Origin: Aquificaceae bacterium
GTDB taxonomy: Bacteria; Aquificota; Aquificia; Aquificales; Aquificaceae
Direction of reading: 5' to 3'
Length of the DNA: 45,882 bases
Assembly (NCBI GenBank): GCA_015487535.1
Contig: WFPN01000329.1
Location: forward strand, 1-45,882
Every line of letters starts with the position of its first letter. Position 1 is the first letter of the stretch. Both the position numbers and the translations under genes were made by a program. The notes beneath the pieces are model-generated. The model saw nothing but the letters and a program-made list of their open reading frames with translations. It was not told the origin of the DNA and did not search any database. Shown one piece after another: positions 34,768 to 43,634 of this stretch.

Positions 34768-36242
34768 TGGGCGTGTTTGTATCTCCCGGAGCTTACACGG
34801 TAGAGGAGGATTTTAGTCTATACGCCCCCGCCTTGGCAACTTCAATATGCGCCATGGTGGGGTGGACTCCCAAGGGGAGGACGGACGAGCCTCAGTTTGT
34901 CACAAATGTCCAGCAGCTTTTAGACACTTTCGGCAAGCCTTCCCCTGACAACTTACTCCTCCACTCCGCAATAGCCTTTTTGGAGTTTGGCAACAAGCTT
35001 TGGGTAAAGAGGGTCGTGGGCCCCAACGCTACGAGGGCGAGCGTGACCATAGACGACGGGGACGCTACCGCTCCCACCAACGTTATCACCGTTACCGCAG
35101 TAGGAGAAGGAGCTTACTACAACGAAGTGGCGGTTCAAATTCAGTCCACAGACCCCCTCATAGGGACAGGGTTTGACCTGATAGTCAAAGACAGGGGCGA
35201 AGTTGTAGAGGTTTTTAAAGACCTTACCACAGATCCCGCAAATTCTAAGAGGTATGTAGGCAACATAAAGAGCAAGTACATCACTGTAACGGTTCTTGAC
35301 ACGACCAAGGCCCCCAAGAGCGGGACTTTCCAGCTTACTGGAGGGAGCGACGACCTTGCTAACCTATCTTCTGCGGAGATAATAGCTGGGCTTCAGACCT
35401 TCCTCTCTGAGAATTACGACGTCAACATCCTTTGTGCTCCTGGTTGGTCAGATGCGGCGGTCATAAACGAGGGGCTTTCCATCTGCCAGCAGAGAGCGGA
35501 TTGCATGTACATAGCGGATCCCCCCATAGGGCTTACTCCTCAAGAGGTAGTGGACTGGCACAACGGGGCGGGAGCTTGGAGTGGTCAGCATCAGGCTTTC
35601 AACTCTTCTTACGGGGCTCTTTACTGGCCCTGGCTTAAGGTCTATGACTCTTTCAGCAGAAGGGAGATATGGGTTCCTCCTTCGGGTTTTGTGGCAGGGG
35701 TGTATGCCTACAACGACACGGTGGCGGAACCTTGGTTCGCCCCTGCTGGTTTCGTGAGGGGCAAACTCATAAAGCCCTTGGCGATCGAACACAACGCAAC
35801 TCAAGGGGAAAGGGACCTTCTCTACGGAACCCCTAACGCAGTAAACCCGATAGTGAACTTCAGGGGGGACGGGATAGTTATATGGGGGCAGAGGACGCTT
35901 CAAAGAAAGCCCTCGGCAACGGACAGGGTAAACGTGAGGAGGCTTCTCCTGTATGCGAGGAAGGTGATAGCGACCTCGGTCAAGTACATGACTTTTGAGC
36001 CTAACGACCCGCAGACTTGGAGAAGGTGGGTAAACCTCGTCCAGCCCTTCTTTGAAGATATTAAGGACAGGAGAGGTGTTTACGATTTCAAGGTCGTCTG
36101 TGATGAGACGACTAACACACCACAGACTATAGACAGGAACGAAATGCACGGGTATATACTCCTGAAGCCCACGAAGACCGCTGAAGTGATAGTAAACCAC
36201 TTCAGGATTCTGAGCACGGGTGCAAACTTTGATGAAATTTAA
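34767..36242 (+). CDS. Tail sheath protein
   Basis: SPGAYTVEED, YGALYWPW, VPPSG, PWFAPAG, IWGQRTLQ, DRVNVRRL, VCDETTNT. Confidence 0.95.
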   Translation: MGVFVSPGAYTVEEDFSLYAPALATSICAMVGWTPKGRTDEPQFVTNVQQLLDTFGKPSPDNLLLHSAIAFLEFGNKLWVKRVVGPNATRASVTIDDGDATAPTNVITVTAVGEGAYYNEVAVQIQSTDPLIGTGFDLIVKDRGEVVEVFKDLTTDPANSKRYVGNIKSKYITVTVLDTTKAPKSGTFQLTGGSDDLANLSSAEIIAGLQTFLSENYDVNILCAPGWSDAAVINEGLSICQQRADCMYIADPPIGLTPQEVVDWHNGAGAWSGQHQAFNSSYGALYWPWLKVYDSFSRREIWVPPSGFVAGVYAYNDTVAEPWFAPAGFVRGKLIKPLAIEHNATQGERDLLYGTPNAVNPIVNFRGDGIVIWGQRTLQRKPSATDRVNVRRLLLYARKVIATSVKYMTFEPNDPQTWRRWVNLVQPFFEDIKDRRGVYDFKVVCDETTNTPQTIDRNEMHGYILLKPTKTAEVIVNHFRILSTGANFDEI

Positions 36243-36255
36243 GGAGGTGTGAGCT

Positions 36256-36789
36256 ATGGCTTTTAGCCCGCCTGAACAGCCTCAGGTTCAAGTTGTGAAA
36301 CCTACCTTGGCTAAGGTAAGAAAGCACGCTTACCTCTTTCACTTCTATCCAAACGCAACCCTTAAGGGGATGGTGAACGGGATAGAGGACGTAATTCTGA
36401 TGACCTGCTCGAGGGTGTCCATTGATGGGGGCTCCTTCGATGAGATAACCGCAGATTACGTCAACTACAGGGAGAGCAAACCGGGTAAGTACACGCCAGG
36501 ACAACTGACTCTTACCGTGAAGCCTGATGAAGACGGGAAGATTTTTGAATTCATAGATGCTTGGAAGAGGATTATCTTTGACCCAGAGAGCGGGGCTATG
36601 GCCCATGCCCGGCACTATGAATGTTCTGGGGAGCTTGAGGTTCTCACTATCAGCGGACAGCCCATAAAGAGGTGGAAGTTTGTAGGTCTTTGGCTCCAAA
36701 CTGTTCCCACGATGGACTTTGATTACTCTGCAAGCGAAGAGCTTGAGGTGGATCTGACGCTCAAGTACAGGTACTTCACTCTTGCTTAA
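36256..36789 (+). CDS. Tail tube protein
   Basis: Follows sheath; T4 gp19-like W...G.W...DFDYS pattern. Confidence 0.85.
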   Translation: MAFSPPEQPQVQVVKPTLAKVRKHAYLFHFYPNATLKGMVNGIEDVILMTCSRVSIDGGSFDEITADYVNYRESKPGKYTPGQLTLTVKPDEDGKIFEFIDAWKRIIFDPESGAMAHARHYECSGELEVLTISGQPIKRWKFVGLWLQTVPTMDFDYSASEELEVDLTLKYRYFTLA

Positions 36790-36815
36790 AAGGGGCTTTA
36801 GAGAGGAGAGAGGAA

Positions 36816-37679
36816 ATGGGTAAGACAGTGATGATGCCTTATGAGCCCGAGGCTCAGAGGATGTTGCTACCTTCGAGGGGCATACCTTACGGGACGGACG
36901 GAACCGCTCTTATCCGTCCCATGACCGCAAGAGAGGAGAAGGTTTTAGCCACTGCAAGCCCCCAGACTTACTTGGACGCTATAGATGAGATCATTTCAAG
37001 GTGCCTTAAAGAGCCCGACATTCCTCCAGAGGAGCTCACCGAAGGGGACAGGTCTTTTATCCTCTACTGGCTCAGGATAAACTCGTACTTCCCCCAATAC
37101 AGGGTAGAGCTAACGTGTCCCAAGTGCGGGGAGGACTTTACCACGGTGATAGACCTTTCGGAACTTCCCATAAAGATGCTTCCAGAGGGGATAAGGGAGC
37201 CTTTTGAGGTAAAGATAGCAAACCAGGTTGTAGGCTTGAGGTTTTACAGGGGCAAGGATGAAAAGGGACTATACAGCATGGAACGTGATCTCGCCAAGAA
37301 GAGAGGAGACACGAGAGATAGATACATCTACAGGTATGCCCTCGCTATAGAGACCATAGGAGGGGAGAGGGCGGACTTTGCCACCGCCAAAAGTTTCGTG
37401 GAAAGTCTCACAGGCAAAGATCTTGCAAGACTCAGAGGTGCTTTGGCGAAAATGGACCACGGCGTAGTCTTTGAGCAGAGGATAGAGTGCCCTCTTTGCG
37501 GCAAGTCCTCCAACTTCAGGATACCTATAACCGCCGAGTTTTTTCTTCCAACAGAGGATTACGACGGAGAAGGTTATGGAGAGGATCTATCTAATAGTCA
37601 AACTCTTGAAGATCCCCTATTCGGAAGCGGAGATGATGGCAGTAAACGAAAGGGAGTGGCTCATAGAGAGGGCAATTGA
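36816..37679 (+). CDS. Baseplate hub assembly / tail chaperone, T4 gp26-like
   Basis: LPSRG..Y, IRPMTAREEK, LRINS, two CxxC pairs, EFFLP. Confidence 0.75.
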   Translation: MGKTVMMPYEPEAQRMLLPSRGIPYGTDGTALIRPMTAREEKVLATASPQTYLDAIDEIISRCLKEPDIPPEELTEGDRSFILYWLRINSYFPQYRVELTCPKCGEDFTTVIDLSELPIKMLPEGIREPFEVKIANQVVGLRFYRGKDEKGLYSMERDLAKKRGDTRDRYIYRYALAIETIGGERADFATAKSFVESLTGKDLARLRGALAKMDHGVVFEQRIECPLCGKSSNFRIPITAEFFLPTEDYDGEGYGEDLSNSQTLEDPLFGSGDDGSKRKGVAHREGN

Positions 37680-37701
37680 AGACCTTGAAAAAGGGCTATG
37701 A
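37576..37701 (+). CDS. Small overlapping tail-assembly-chaperone-like ORF (41 aa)
   Basis: MERIYLIVKLLKIPYSEAEMMAVNEREWLIERAIEDLEKGL; +1 frame relative to 36816; ATGA overlap with the tape measure gene. Confidence 0.7.
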   Translation: MERIYLIVKLLKIPYSEAEMMAVNEREWLIERAIEDLEKGL

Positions 37702-39821
37702 GGCTTGAATATAGGATAGGCTACACTTTTGAAGACAGGTTTACCTCCAAGTATAAGGTATTCCAGAATGCCTTTCAAAAAGGACTAAAAGATATAGAGA
37801 AGGGGTTCGGGAAGATAGACAGAGAGCTTAAGACTACCTTCCAGAATGTGGGGGCGAGGAGAGGGTATATAACCCGTGTGGGGGAACAGATACATCTGAT
37901 CTCTTCTGAGGCCTTTCAGCAGGCAGTGGAGGACTGGAGGAAGGACTACAAGGATTTCGGCAGAGATCTACAGAGGAAACCCTTGGAGGTACCCGCAAAG
38001 CTGGATATAGACGACAGGGAGATAAAGCAGATGGAAGACAGAAGCTTTAATCTCACGGTCTTCCCCGTAATTAGCTCTGCAAAGAGTGTAGTAGAGGAAG
38101 AGGCTGTAACCCTTACTGATGCGCTATACGAAGGCGTCAGGTACGGGCTTAGGAAGGCTGACCTCGCCAAAGCATTTGCGGAAGAACTCAGGAAAGCAGG
38201 CGGGTACATAGGAACTGAAGAGATAGCACAGAGCTTTGTCCGGCTTACGGAAATGGGGGTTAGGGGCACGGCTAAGGAAATGGCCGAGTTCGCTTCAATG
38301 GTTACGAGGGTAAGCAAAGCGACCAAGCTCAGCTCTGAAGGTGTTGCCCAGTTAACCTACGAAATGCAAGGGTTGGGTCTTTCCGTAAAGGACATGCAGA
38401 AAGTATTTGCTTATGCGGGCGGGGCCATGGAGAAATACAACCTTACCCAAGATAAGGTTATAGAAGGTCTCCAGGCTTTCAAAGAGACTGGAGGGGCTGT
38501 TTTTGCCTCTCTAAGTGCGGATGCGAGGGGGAAGCTCCTGAAGGGGATGATAGACCTGTCTGGCAAGCTTGAGAGCCTCTATTTGGATTCTGTAGCCTTT
38601 ACGAGACAAATAGGCGCCTTGATGAGTGGGCGGTTTGAAGAAGCAAGAGGGTTGATGGCACTGCTTGGCAGCCAAGCTCAAGAGTTCAGAAAGGCCCTCG
38701 AATCGGGAGATGTTCAAAAAGCTCAGCAGATGCTTATGGGAAGGCTCTTGGAACTAAGAGAACGTCTTGCGACTATACCCCCTCAGCTCAGAGGTTACTA
38801 TATACAGCAGTATTCCGAGCTTTATCAAATTCCCGTAGACACCTTGACCCAGCTTGTTAATAAGTCCTCGGGGGAGATAAGGCAGGTCTTTGCAGAATCG
38901 GTTAGTCCTGTGGATATTGACGAACGCATGAAGGAGACGACCAACGTCATTACCAAGTGGACCAACGTTATCAAAAACAAGATCGTGGGGACCTTTGGGG
39001 CGGAGTTTGCAGATGTAATAGGGGAAGGGATAGATACGGTTACGCAGGTGGGAGGTATGGTAGCGCCGTTTTTGCTGTTCAAGGCCCTGCCTTACATCGG
39101 TGGTAAGATAGGAGGCAAGGCTCTCGGTACCTTAGGTGGTGTCGCAAGGGGTTTTCCATTCTTCAAAGTATCCTTGCCTAAGTTTGAGGCCCCAAAAGCC
39201 GCTTCTATCCTAAGCACAGGAAAGACTGCTGCCTCAGAAATTGCGGAAGTTACCTCTAAGGGTAGCGGGCTGCTGTCTAAGGCGGGTAAACTTGCCAAGC
39301 TCGCCAAGCTCGCCAAATTTGGGAAAATAGGAGGTGCTTTAACCCTCCTTTCCACAGGCATAGAGTTTGCCACCGCCAAGACCGCCAAAGAAAAGGCCGA
39401 AGCGGTGGGCGGAGGTGCGGGAGGACTGACAGGAGCCTTGGCAGGGGCAGCTATAGGGTCAGCGATACTGCCTGGCATAGGGACGGTGATAGGGGGGATA
39501 TTGGGAGGCTTGGGAGGGGACTTCATAGGCAGAAAGGTTGTAGGAGCTGTAAGCTCGCTCTTTGGAGGTGAGGAAGAAAGGGTAAAGGAAATAAAGCAGG
39601 TCTCTAAAGAGAGGGAGGTACAAAGAGAAAAAGAAACCATCAAAGAGGGGAGGTCTCAAGATGAAGTTGCAATTCTCATGGCTATAGCCACTAAGCTTGA
39701 CGTTCTTGCCGAAGTTCGAGATCTATTAAGCGCATACTTGACTCAGCAAAAGCTAAAGCCCTCTCCTAAACCCGTTTACACGGGAATGGAGGACTGGATA
39801 GACAAGGGGTTTAAGAGATGA
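37698..39821 (+). CDS. Tape measure protein
   Basis: Position; long helical protein; Gly/Ala-rich GAAIGSAILPGIGTVIGGILGG segment. Confidence 0.85.
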   Translation: MRLEYRIGYTFEDRFTSKYKVFQNAFQKGLKDIEKGFGKIDRELKTTFQNVGARRGYITRVGEQIHLISSEAFQQAVEDWRKDYKDFGRDLQRKPLEVPAKLDIDDREIKQMEDRSFNLTVFPVISSAKSVVEEEAVTLTDALYEGVRYGLRKADLAKAFAEELRKAGGYIGTEEIAQSFVRLTEMGVRGTAKEMAEFASMVTRVSKATKLSSEGVAQLTYEMQGLGLSVKDMQKVFAYAGGAMEKYNLTQDKVIEGLQAFKETGGAVFASLSADARGKLLKGMIDLSGKLESLYLDSVAFTRQIGALMSGRFEEARGLMALLGSQAQEFRKALESGDVQKAQQMLMGRLLELRERLATIPPQLRGYYIQQYSELYQIPVDTLTQLVNKSSGEIRQVFAESVSPVDIDERMKETTNVITKWTNVIKNKIVGTFGAEFADVIGEGIDTVTQVGGMVAPFLLFKALPYIGGKIGGKALGTLGGVARGFPFFKVSLPKFEAPKAASILSTGKTAASEIAEVTSKGSGLLSKAGKLAKLAKLAKFGKIGGALTLLSTGIEFATAKTAKEKAEAVGGGAGGLTGALAGAAIGSAILPGIGTVIGGILGGLGGDFIGRKVVGAVSSLFGGEEERVKEIKQVSKEREVQREKETIKEGRSQDEVAILMAIATKLDVLAEVRDLLSAYLTQQKLKPSPKPVYTGMEDWIDKGFKR

Positions 39822-40297
39822 GGGGATTTCTCTACGTTCCTTCTAAAGGGGCTTATATCAAGTTTGAGAACGACAGGGGACAGCTTATAGATATTCAGCC
39901 TCAAGAGCAGAAATCTGCCAATTACTCACCTCTGGAGCTCAGGGGCAGGTTTGAGCCTTTGATGGTTTACGAGGGGTCTTCCGAGAAGAGTGTGAGCTTT
40001 GATATGAGGCTTTACTTTTTGGATGGGGAAGAGCTTGAAAATACGGTGGACAAGATAAGGAGTCTTGTCTATCCAGTAAGGAAGGGGAAGCTACACCTTC
40101 CTCCGCCCGTGGTCATTTTTGTGTGGGGCAAAACGATCAAGTTCAGAGGGGTTGTCCAGGACTTCGGCGTGAGTTATGCGGATAGCGTCTACGATGTTAA
40201 AAAAGGCTACGCTTACACCGCTCAGGTAAGTCTAACACTAATAGAGCAAAGGGACAAGCCTGCACACTTTGACAAGGTCTGGGAGGGAAGCGCATGA
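39818..40297 (+). CDS. Tail tube initiator / baseplate protein (putative)
   Basis: GRFEP..VY, PPPVVIFVWG, VSLTLIE. Confidence 0.65.
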   Translation: MRGFLYVPSKGAYIKFENDRGQLIDIQPQEQKSANYSPLELRGRFEPLMVYEGSSEKSVSFDMRLYFLDGEELENTVDKIRSLVYPVRKGKLHLPPPVVIFVWGKTIKFRGVVQDFGVSYADSVYDVKKGYAYTAQVSLTLIEQRDKPAHFDKVWEGSA

Positions 40298-40500
40298 AGG
40301 TGAGCAGGGCAGAGGTGCAAAGGTTACTGGCTTTGTTGGACAAAGTTTTACCTGATGGTGGCCCATGCGGGAAGTTTTTCGTGCGGGATGGTTATCTATA
40401 CCTGTTCTGCGGAAATGGTTATCACAGAGTTAGGTTTGAAGTAATAGACGATCGTGAGGGTGAGGATGGGCAGGTTCGCCAAAACGCCTGTTTTTTCTGA
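40294..40500 (+). CDS. Small hypothetical protein
   Basis: ATGA overlap, GGGAGG RBS. Confidence 0.45.
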   Translation: MKVSRAEVQRLLALLDKVLPDGGPCGKFFVRDGYLYLFCGNGYHRVRFEVIDDREGEDGQVRQNACFF

Positions 40501-40738
40501 TGAGGCTTACGCTTTGTGGGAGAGACCAGTATTCGAGAAATTTCTCCCCGAAGTGTGGACTGTTAGAGAAGGAGATATGCTGGATTTGATAGCGTATGAG
40601 GTTTACGGGAAGCACGAGTGGTGGTGGGCTATAGCGGTTGCCAATAACATCCTCAATCCCCTGAGAGACCTTAAGGTGGGCATGAAGTTAAAGCTCCCTG
40701 ACCCTTCGGAGATAGAGAGGTTTGAAGAGAGATGGTAA
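40466..40738 (+). CDS. LysM / gp53-like baseplate wedge protein
   Basis: VREGDMLDLIAYEVYG...WWAIAVANNI.NP...L.VG..LKLP. Confidence 0.85.
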   Translation: MGRFAKTPVFSDEAYALWERPVFEKFLPEVWTVREGDMLDLIAYEVYGKHEWWWAIAVANNILNPLRDLKVGMKLKLPDPSEIERFEERW

Positions 40739-41865
40739 AGCCCCCTCTTGCGCCTCACCTTGCGGTAAGGATAGGGGAGGTTACAACCGAAAGCGGGGCG
40801 GTGTCTTTTGAGATTGAGATCGTTCCTAACTCGCCCTTTGCCCCATCAGCGACCCTTGAAGTCTTAGATTTGGATTTACAAATAGAAAAGGAGATCCTTA
40901 GGGGCGGAATAGAGACGCCCATAGAGGTCGTTTACGGGTGGAAAGACACGAGCGGCGTAATAGTTGCCGGCATATGGAAAGGCAGGGTGGGCAAGGCAAC
41001 CTCAGTGATGGATGGATCTGCGGTAAGGCTTACCATAGAGGGCTTGTCCAACGGGGTGCCTCAGATGGCAAGTAAAGATAGGCAGATAAGGAGGAAGGGA
41101 GAGGTGTCTGCGGTAATACGGCAGATGGCTCAAGAGGAAGGGCTTCTGGCGGATGTAGATGAAGTGGGGGTTGAAATAGACAGACTGCAGGTGAACATGA
41201 GCAACTACGACTTTATAAGGAAAGTAATCCTTCCTTACGTGAACGCTCGGTCAAGTGATGATCCTTTTTCTTTCTGGATTAACAACGGGACGCTGTTTTT
41301 CAAAAAAAGCCGATCTAAAAGGAATAAGTTTATCTACGGGCTTTACACCGAAGACGAGTTTGCAAACATCCTTTCCTTAGAAACTGAGCTTGACCTTATG
41401 CTCGGGATAATGGCGGGGGAGAAGGTGGAGGTCGTAAAGCTTGACCCTAACACAAAGCAGCTGGTTGCTCAGGAGGGAGGCAATTCTGCAAACTCCAAAA
41501 GGACGGTTCTCGGCAGTAAAAGGTCTGCTGTAGGCAGTAGAAGGAAGAGAGTGCTGCCCCACGGACTTGACACGGAGAGTGTTGCGGGGGCGGTAAAGAA
41601 TATCTACGGCAGACTTGCGGACTTTCCCCTGTCGGTAAACATGACAATTCTGGGCAACACCGAAATATCCCCCATGGACATTATAGAGGTCGTAGTTTAT
41701 GCCTACACAACGCAGGGCTATAAGATTAGACCCATAAGCGGTAAATACATGGTCATGAACGTAAAGCAAAGGGTTGATGCGGAAGGTTTTTTTACCGAGC
41801 TCAGGTGCATTAAGAATGCCACTTCGGAGGGGTCAGTAAGCGCTGAGGGGGTAAGGGTGCTATGA
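40732..41865 (+). CDS. Baseplate hub protein (gpD/gp27-like)
   Basis: Position; QVNMSNYDFI, ILGN, SGKYMV..V......GFFTEL. Confidence 0.75.
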   Translation: MVKPPLAPHLAVRIGEVTTESGAVSFEIEIVPNSPFAPSATLEVLDLDLQIEKEILRGGIETPIEVVYGWKDTSGVIVAGIWKGRVGKATSVMDGSAVRLTIEGLSNGVPQMASKDRQIRRKGEVSAVIRQMAQEEGLLADVDEVGVEIDRLQVNMSNYDFIRKVILPYVNARSSDDPFSFWINNGTLFFKKSRSKRNKFIYGLYTEDEFANILSLETELDLMLGIMAGEKVEVVKLDPNTKQLVAQEGGNSANSKRTVLGSKRSAVGSRRKRVLPHGLDTESVAGAVKNIYGRLADFPLSVNMTILGNTEISPMDIIEVVVYAYTTQGYKIRPISGKYMVMNVKQRVDAEGFFTELRCIKNATSEGSVSAEGVRVL

Positions 41866-42074
41866 GTGTCAAGATTGTGTACAGAAAGAAGGGGTTAAAT
41901 GAAATGGTGAACATGGTTTGTGAGTGGTATGGGATGGACACGGAAGAGCTGAAGACGGTTGGGACTTTCGTGATGAACTGGCTTGAGGGGGATTACATCG
42001 GGGCACTTTTTACTTTCAAGGAGTGGGAGGAGAAGTATTATAAGGATAACGACATTGGAGGAGGGGAAATATGA
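41862..42074 (+). CDS. Small hypothetical protein
   Basis: ATGA overlaps. Confidence 0.5.
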   Translation: MSVKIVYRKKGLNEMVNMVCEWYGMDTEELKTVGTFVMNWLEGDYIGALFTFKEWEEKYYKDNDIGGGEI

Positions 42075-42619
42075 AGGTAGTTGGGTTGTTCGTTGTATTG
42101 GGGTTTGTATTTGCTGTGGGGTGTTCTGAGAGCGTTAAGACGGAAATCCGTAGCAAGGAAGACGCCCTTGCTGTGGCAGAGAAAGCCCTATCTACGTGTT
42201 CAGATGTGGGAGAGGTGAGCTTTGTAGATAAGGGTGGTATAGCGATTGCATTAAGCAAAGACAGAGGTGTTGCGACTGGAGTCAAGCCATTGATACAGGG
42301 CGACCCCAAAAAGTTTTCCATCATACTCGTGACAAAAGAGTTAGACCCATACGTGATTTGTATTCGTGAGTGGATGGGATACGATAGGGCATCTAAGGTT
42401 GCCAAGAAGCTAAATGTAGTGGGAGGAGGGTTTGCCTCATATGTATTGGGTTTTCCTGTGGTATGCACAAGAGTCATACCTGCAGCAGTAGGATTATACG
42501 ATTACAAATTCGGTTTACTTTGCGATTCTGTTGCCCGTTATGGATTGTCTTCGCCAAAAGGGGCATGCAAGACAGTTTTCAAAGAAGCGGCCAGTATTAT
42601 GTGTGCGGAGGCATACTGA
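42071..42619 (+). CDS. Putative lipoprotein
   Basis: MKVVGLFVVLGFVFAVG-C signal with lipobox-like Cys. Confidence 0.65.
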   Translation: MKVVGLFVVLGFVFAVGCSESVKTEIRSKEDALAVAEKALSTCSDVGEVSFVDKGGIAIALSKDRGVATGVKPLIQGDPKKFSIILVTKELDPYVICIREWMGYDRASKVAKKLNVVGGGFASYVLGFPVVCTRVIPAAVGLYDYKFGLLCDSVARYGLSSPKGACKTVFKEAASIMCAEAY

Positions 42620-42620
42620 T

Positions 42621-43220
42621 ATGCTCGTAAGAGCCGTTGTAGTAGACAACAAAGACCCCCTTCACAGGGGCAGGATCAAGATAAGAGCCTACGGATGGCA
42701 TGACGAGATACCCGACGATGACCTTCCGTGGGCGGAGCCTTGTATGCCCTTCGGCGGGGATAAAGATTACGGCACTTTGCTGATTCCTGAGACAGGATCT
42801 ACGGTGTGGATCTCCTTTGAGGTTGATGACACATTTAAGCCTAACCCCATGTGCCCCGTGTGGGTGGGAGTGTGGTGGGGGCAAAGTGAGGTTCCGTCGG
42901 AGAGCCAAGATGGAACATATCAAACTCATGCAGTTGTGAAGACAAAAAAAGGCCACAAAGTGATAGTAAGCGATGCTAACGACATCATAGAAGTAACTAC
43001 CGCTCAGGGGGATAGGATAGTCTTGGATGGGGTAAATAGAACCATATCTGTTCAGACGAAAACGTTTTCGCACGCTTTCGACAGCGGGCAGACGGTCATG
43101 ACCTCGTGGAACATAAGCGGTGATGTAACGATCAACGGGAATTTGACGGTCAAGGGGGAGATCACAGACATCAAGGGGTCTCTCACATACCATACCAACG
43201 GAGGTCTTGCGAGGGATTGA
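42621..43220 (+). CDS. Baseplate spike (gpV/gp5 OB-fold)
   Basis: VVDNKDP..RGRIKIR, LPWAEP, IPETGSTVWISFE, C-terminal ISGDVTINGNLTV..HT. Confidence 0.88.
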   Translation: MLVRAVVVDNKDPLHRGRIKIRAYGWHDEIPDDDLPWAEPCMPFGGDKDYGTLLIPETGSTVWISFEVDDTFKPNPMCPVWVGVWWGQSEVPSESQDGTYQTHAVVKTKKGHKVIVSDANDIIEVTTAQGDRIVLDGVNRTISVQTKTFSHAFDSGQTVMTSWNISGDVTINGNLTVKGEITDIKGSLTYHTNGGLARD

Positions 43221-43585
43221 TTATGTGGAGAGGGCCAGGCTTTCCTTTAGAAAGGGGTTTGTATGGATACCCTAAGGTAAAGGAAGGTATAAACCTCATC
43301 AAAGATAGCATTAAGCAGATCCTTACTACACGCAAAGGCGAAAGGGTCATGCTCAGAAACTTTGGCTCTAATTTACACAAGCTGATATTTGAGCCAAGCG
43401 ATGAGCTTCTCGAAGAGCTTGTAAGGGTGGAGGTGGAAGAGGTTATAAAAGAATGGGAGCCAAGGGTCGAAATAGTGGACGTGCAGACAGAAAGACAGGG
43501 ACACGAGGTTAGGGTAGGCATCACCTTCAGGGTAATCGCTACTGGAGATATTGGTCATGTGGATTTTGGGATTCGCGCTCTCTGA
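43217..43585 (+). CDS. Baseplate wedge gp25/gpW-like
   Basis: ILTTRKGERVMLRNFGS..LIFEP, WEPRV. Confidence 0.9.
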   Translation: MIMWRGPGFPLERGLYGYPKVKEGINLIKDSIKQILTTRKGERVMLRNFGSNLHKLIFEPSDELLEELVRVEVEEVIKEWEPRVEIVDVQTERQGHEVRVGITFRVIATGDIGHVDFGIRAL

Positions 43586-43594
43586 TTTATAAGC

Positions 43595-43625
43595 TTGAAC
43601 CTATAATCACAATAAATAAGTTATT
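43595..43625 (+). promoter_or_regulatory. Palindromic motif copy 8, upstream of baseplate J
   Basis: TTGAAC 43595; AATCAC-aataaataa-GTTATT (43605-43625). Confidence 0.75.
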
Positions 43626-43634
43626 AATAGAGGG

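Noticed and set aside
39291-39317. 9-bp tandem repeat in the tape measure gene
   Set aside because: Encodes LAKLAKLAK; ordinary low-complexity coding repeat.
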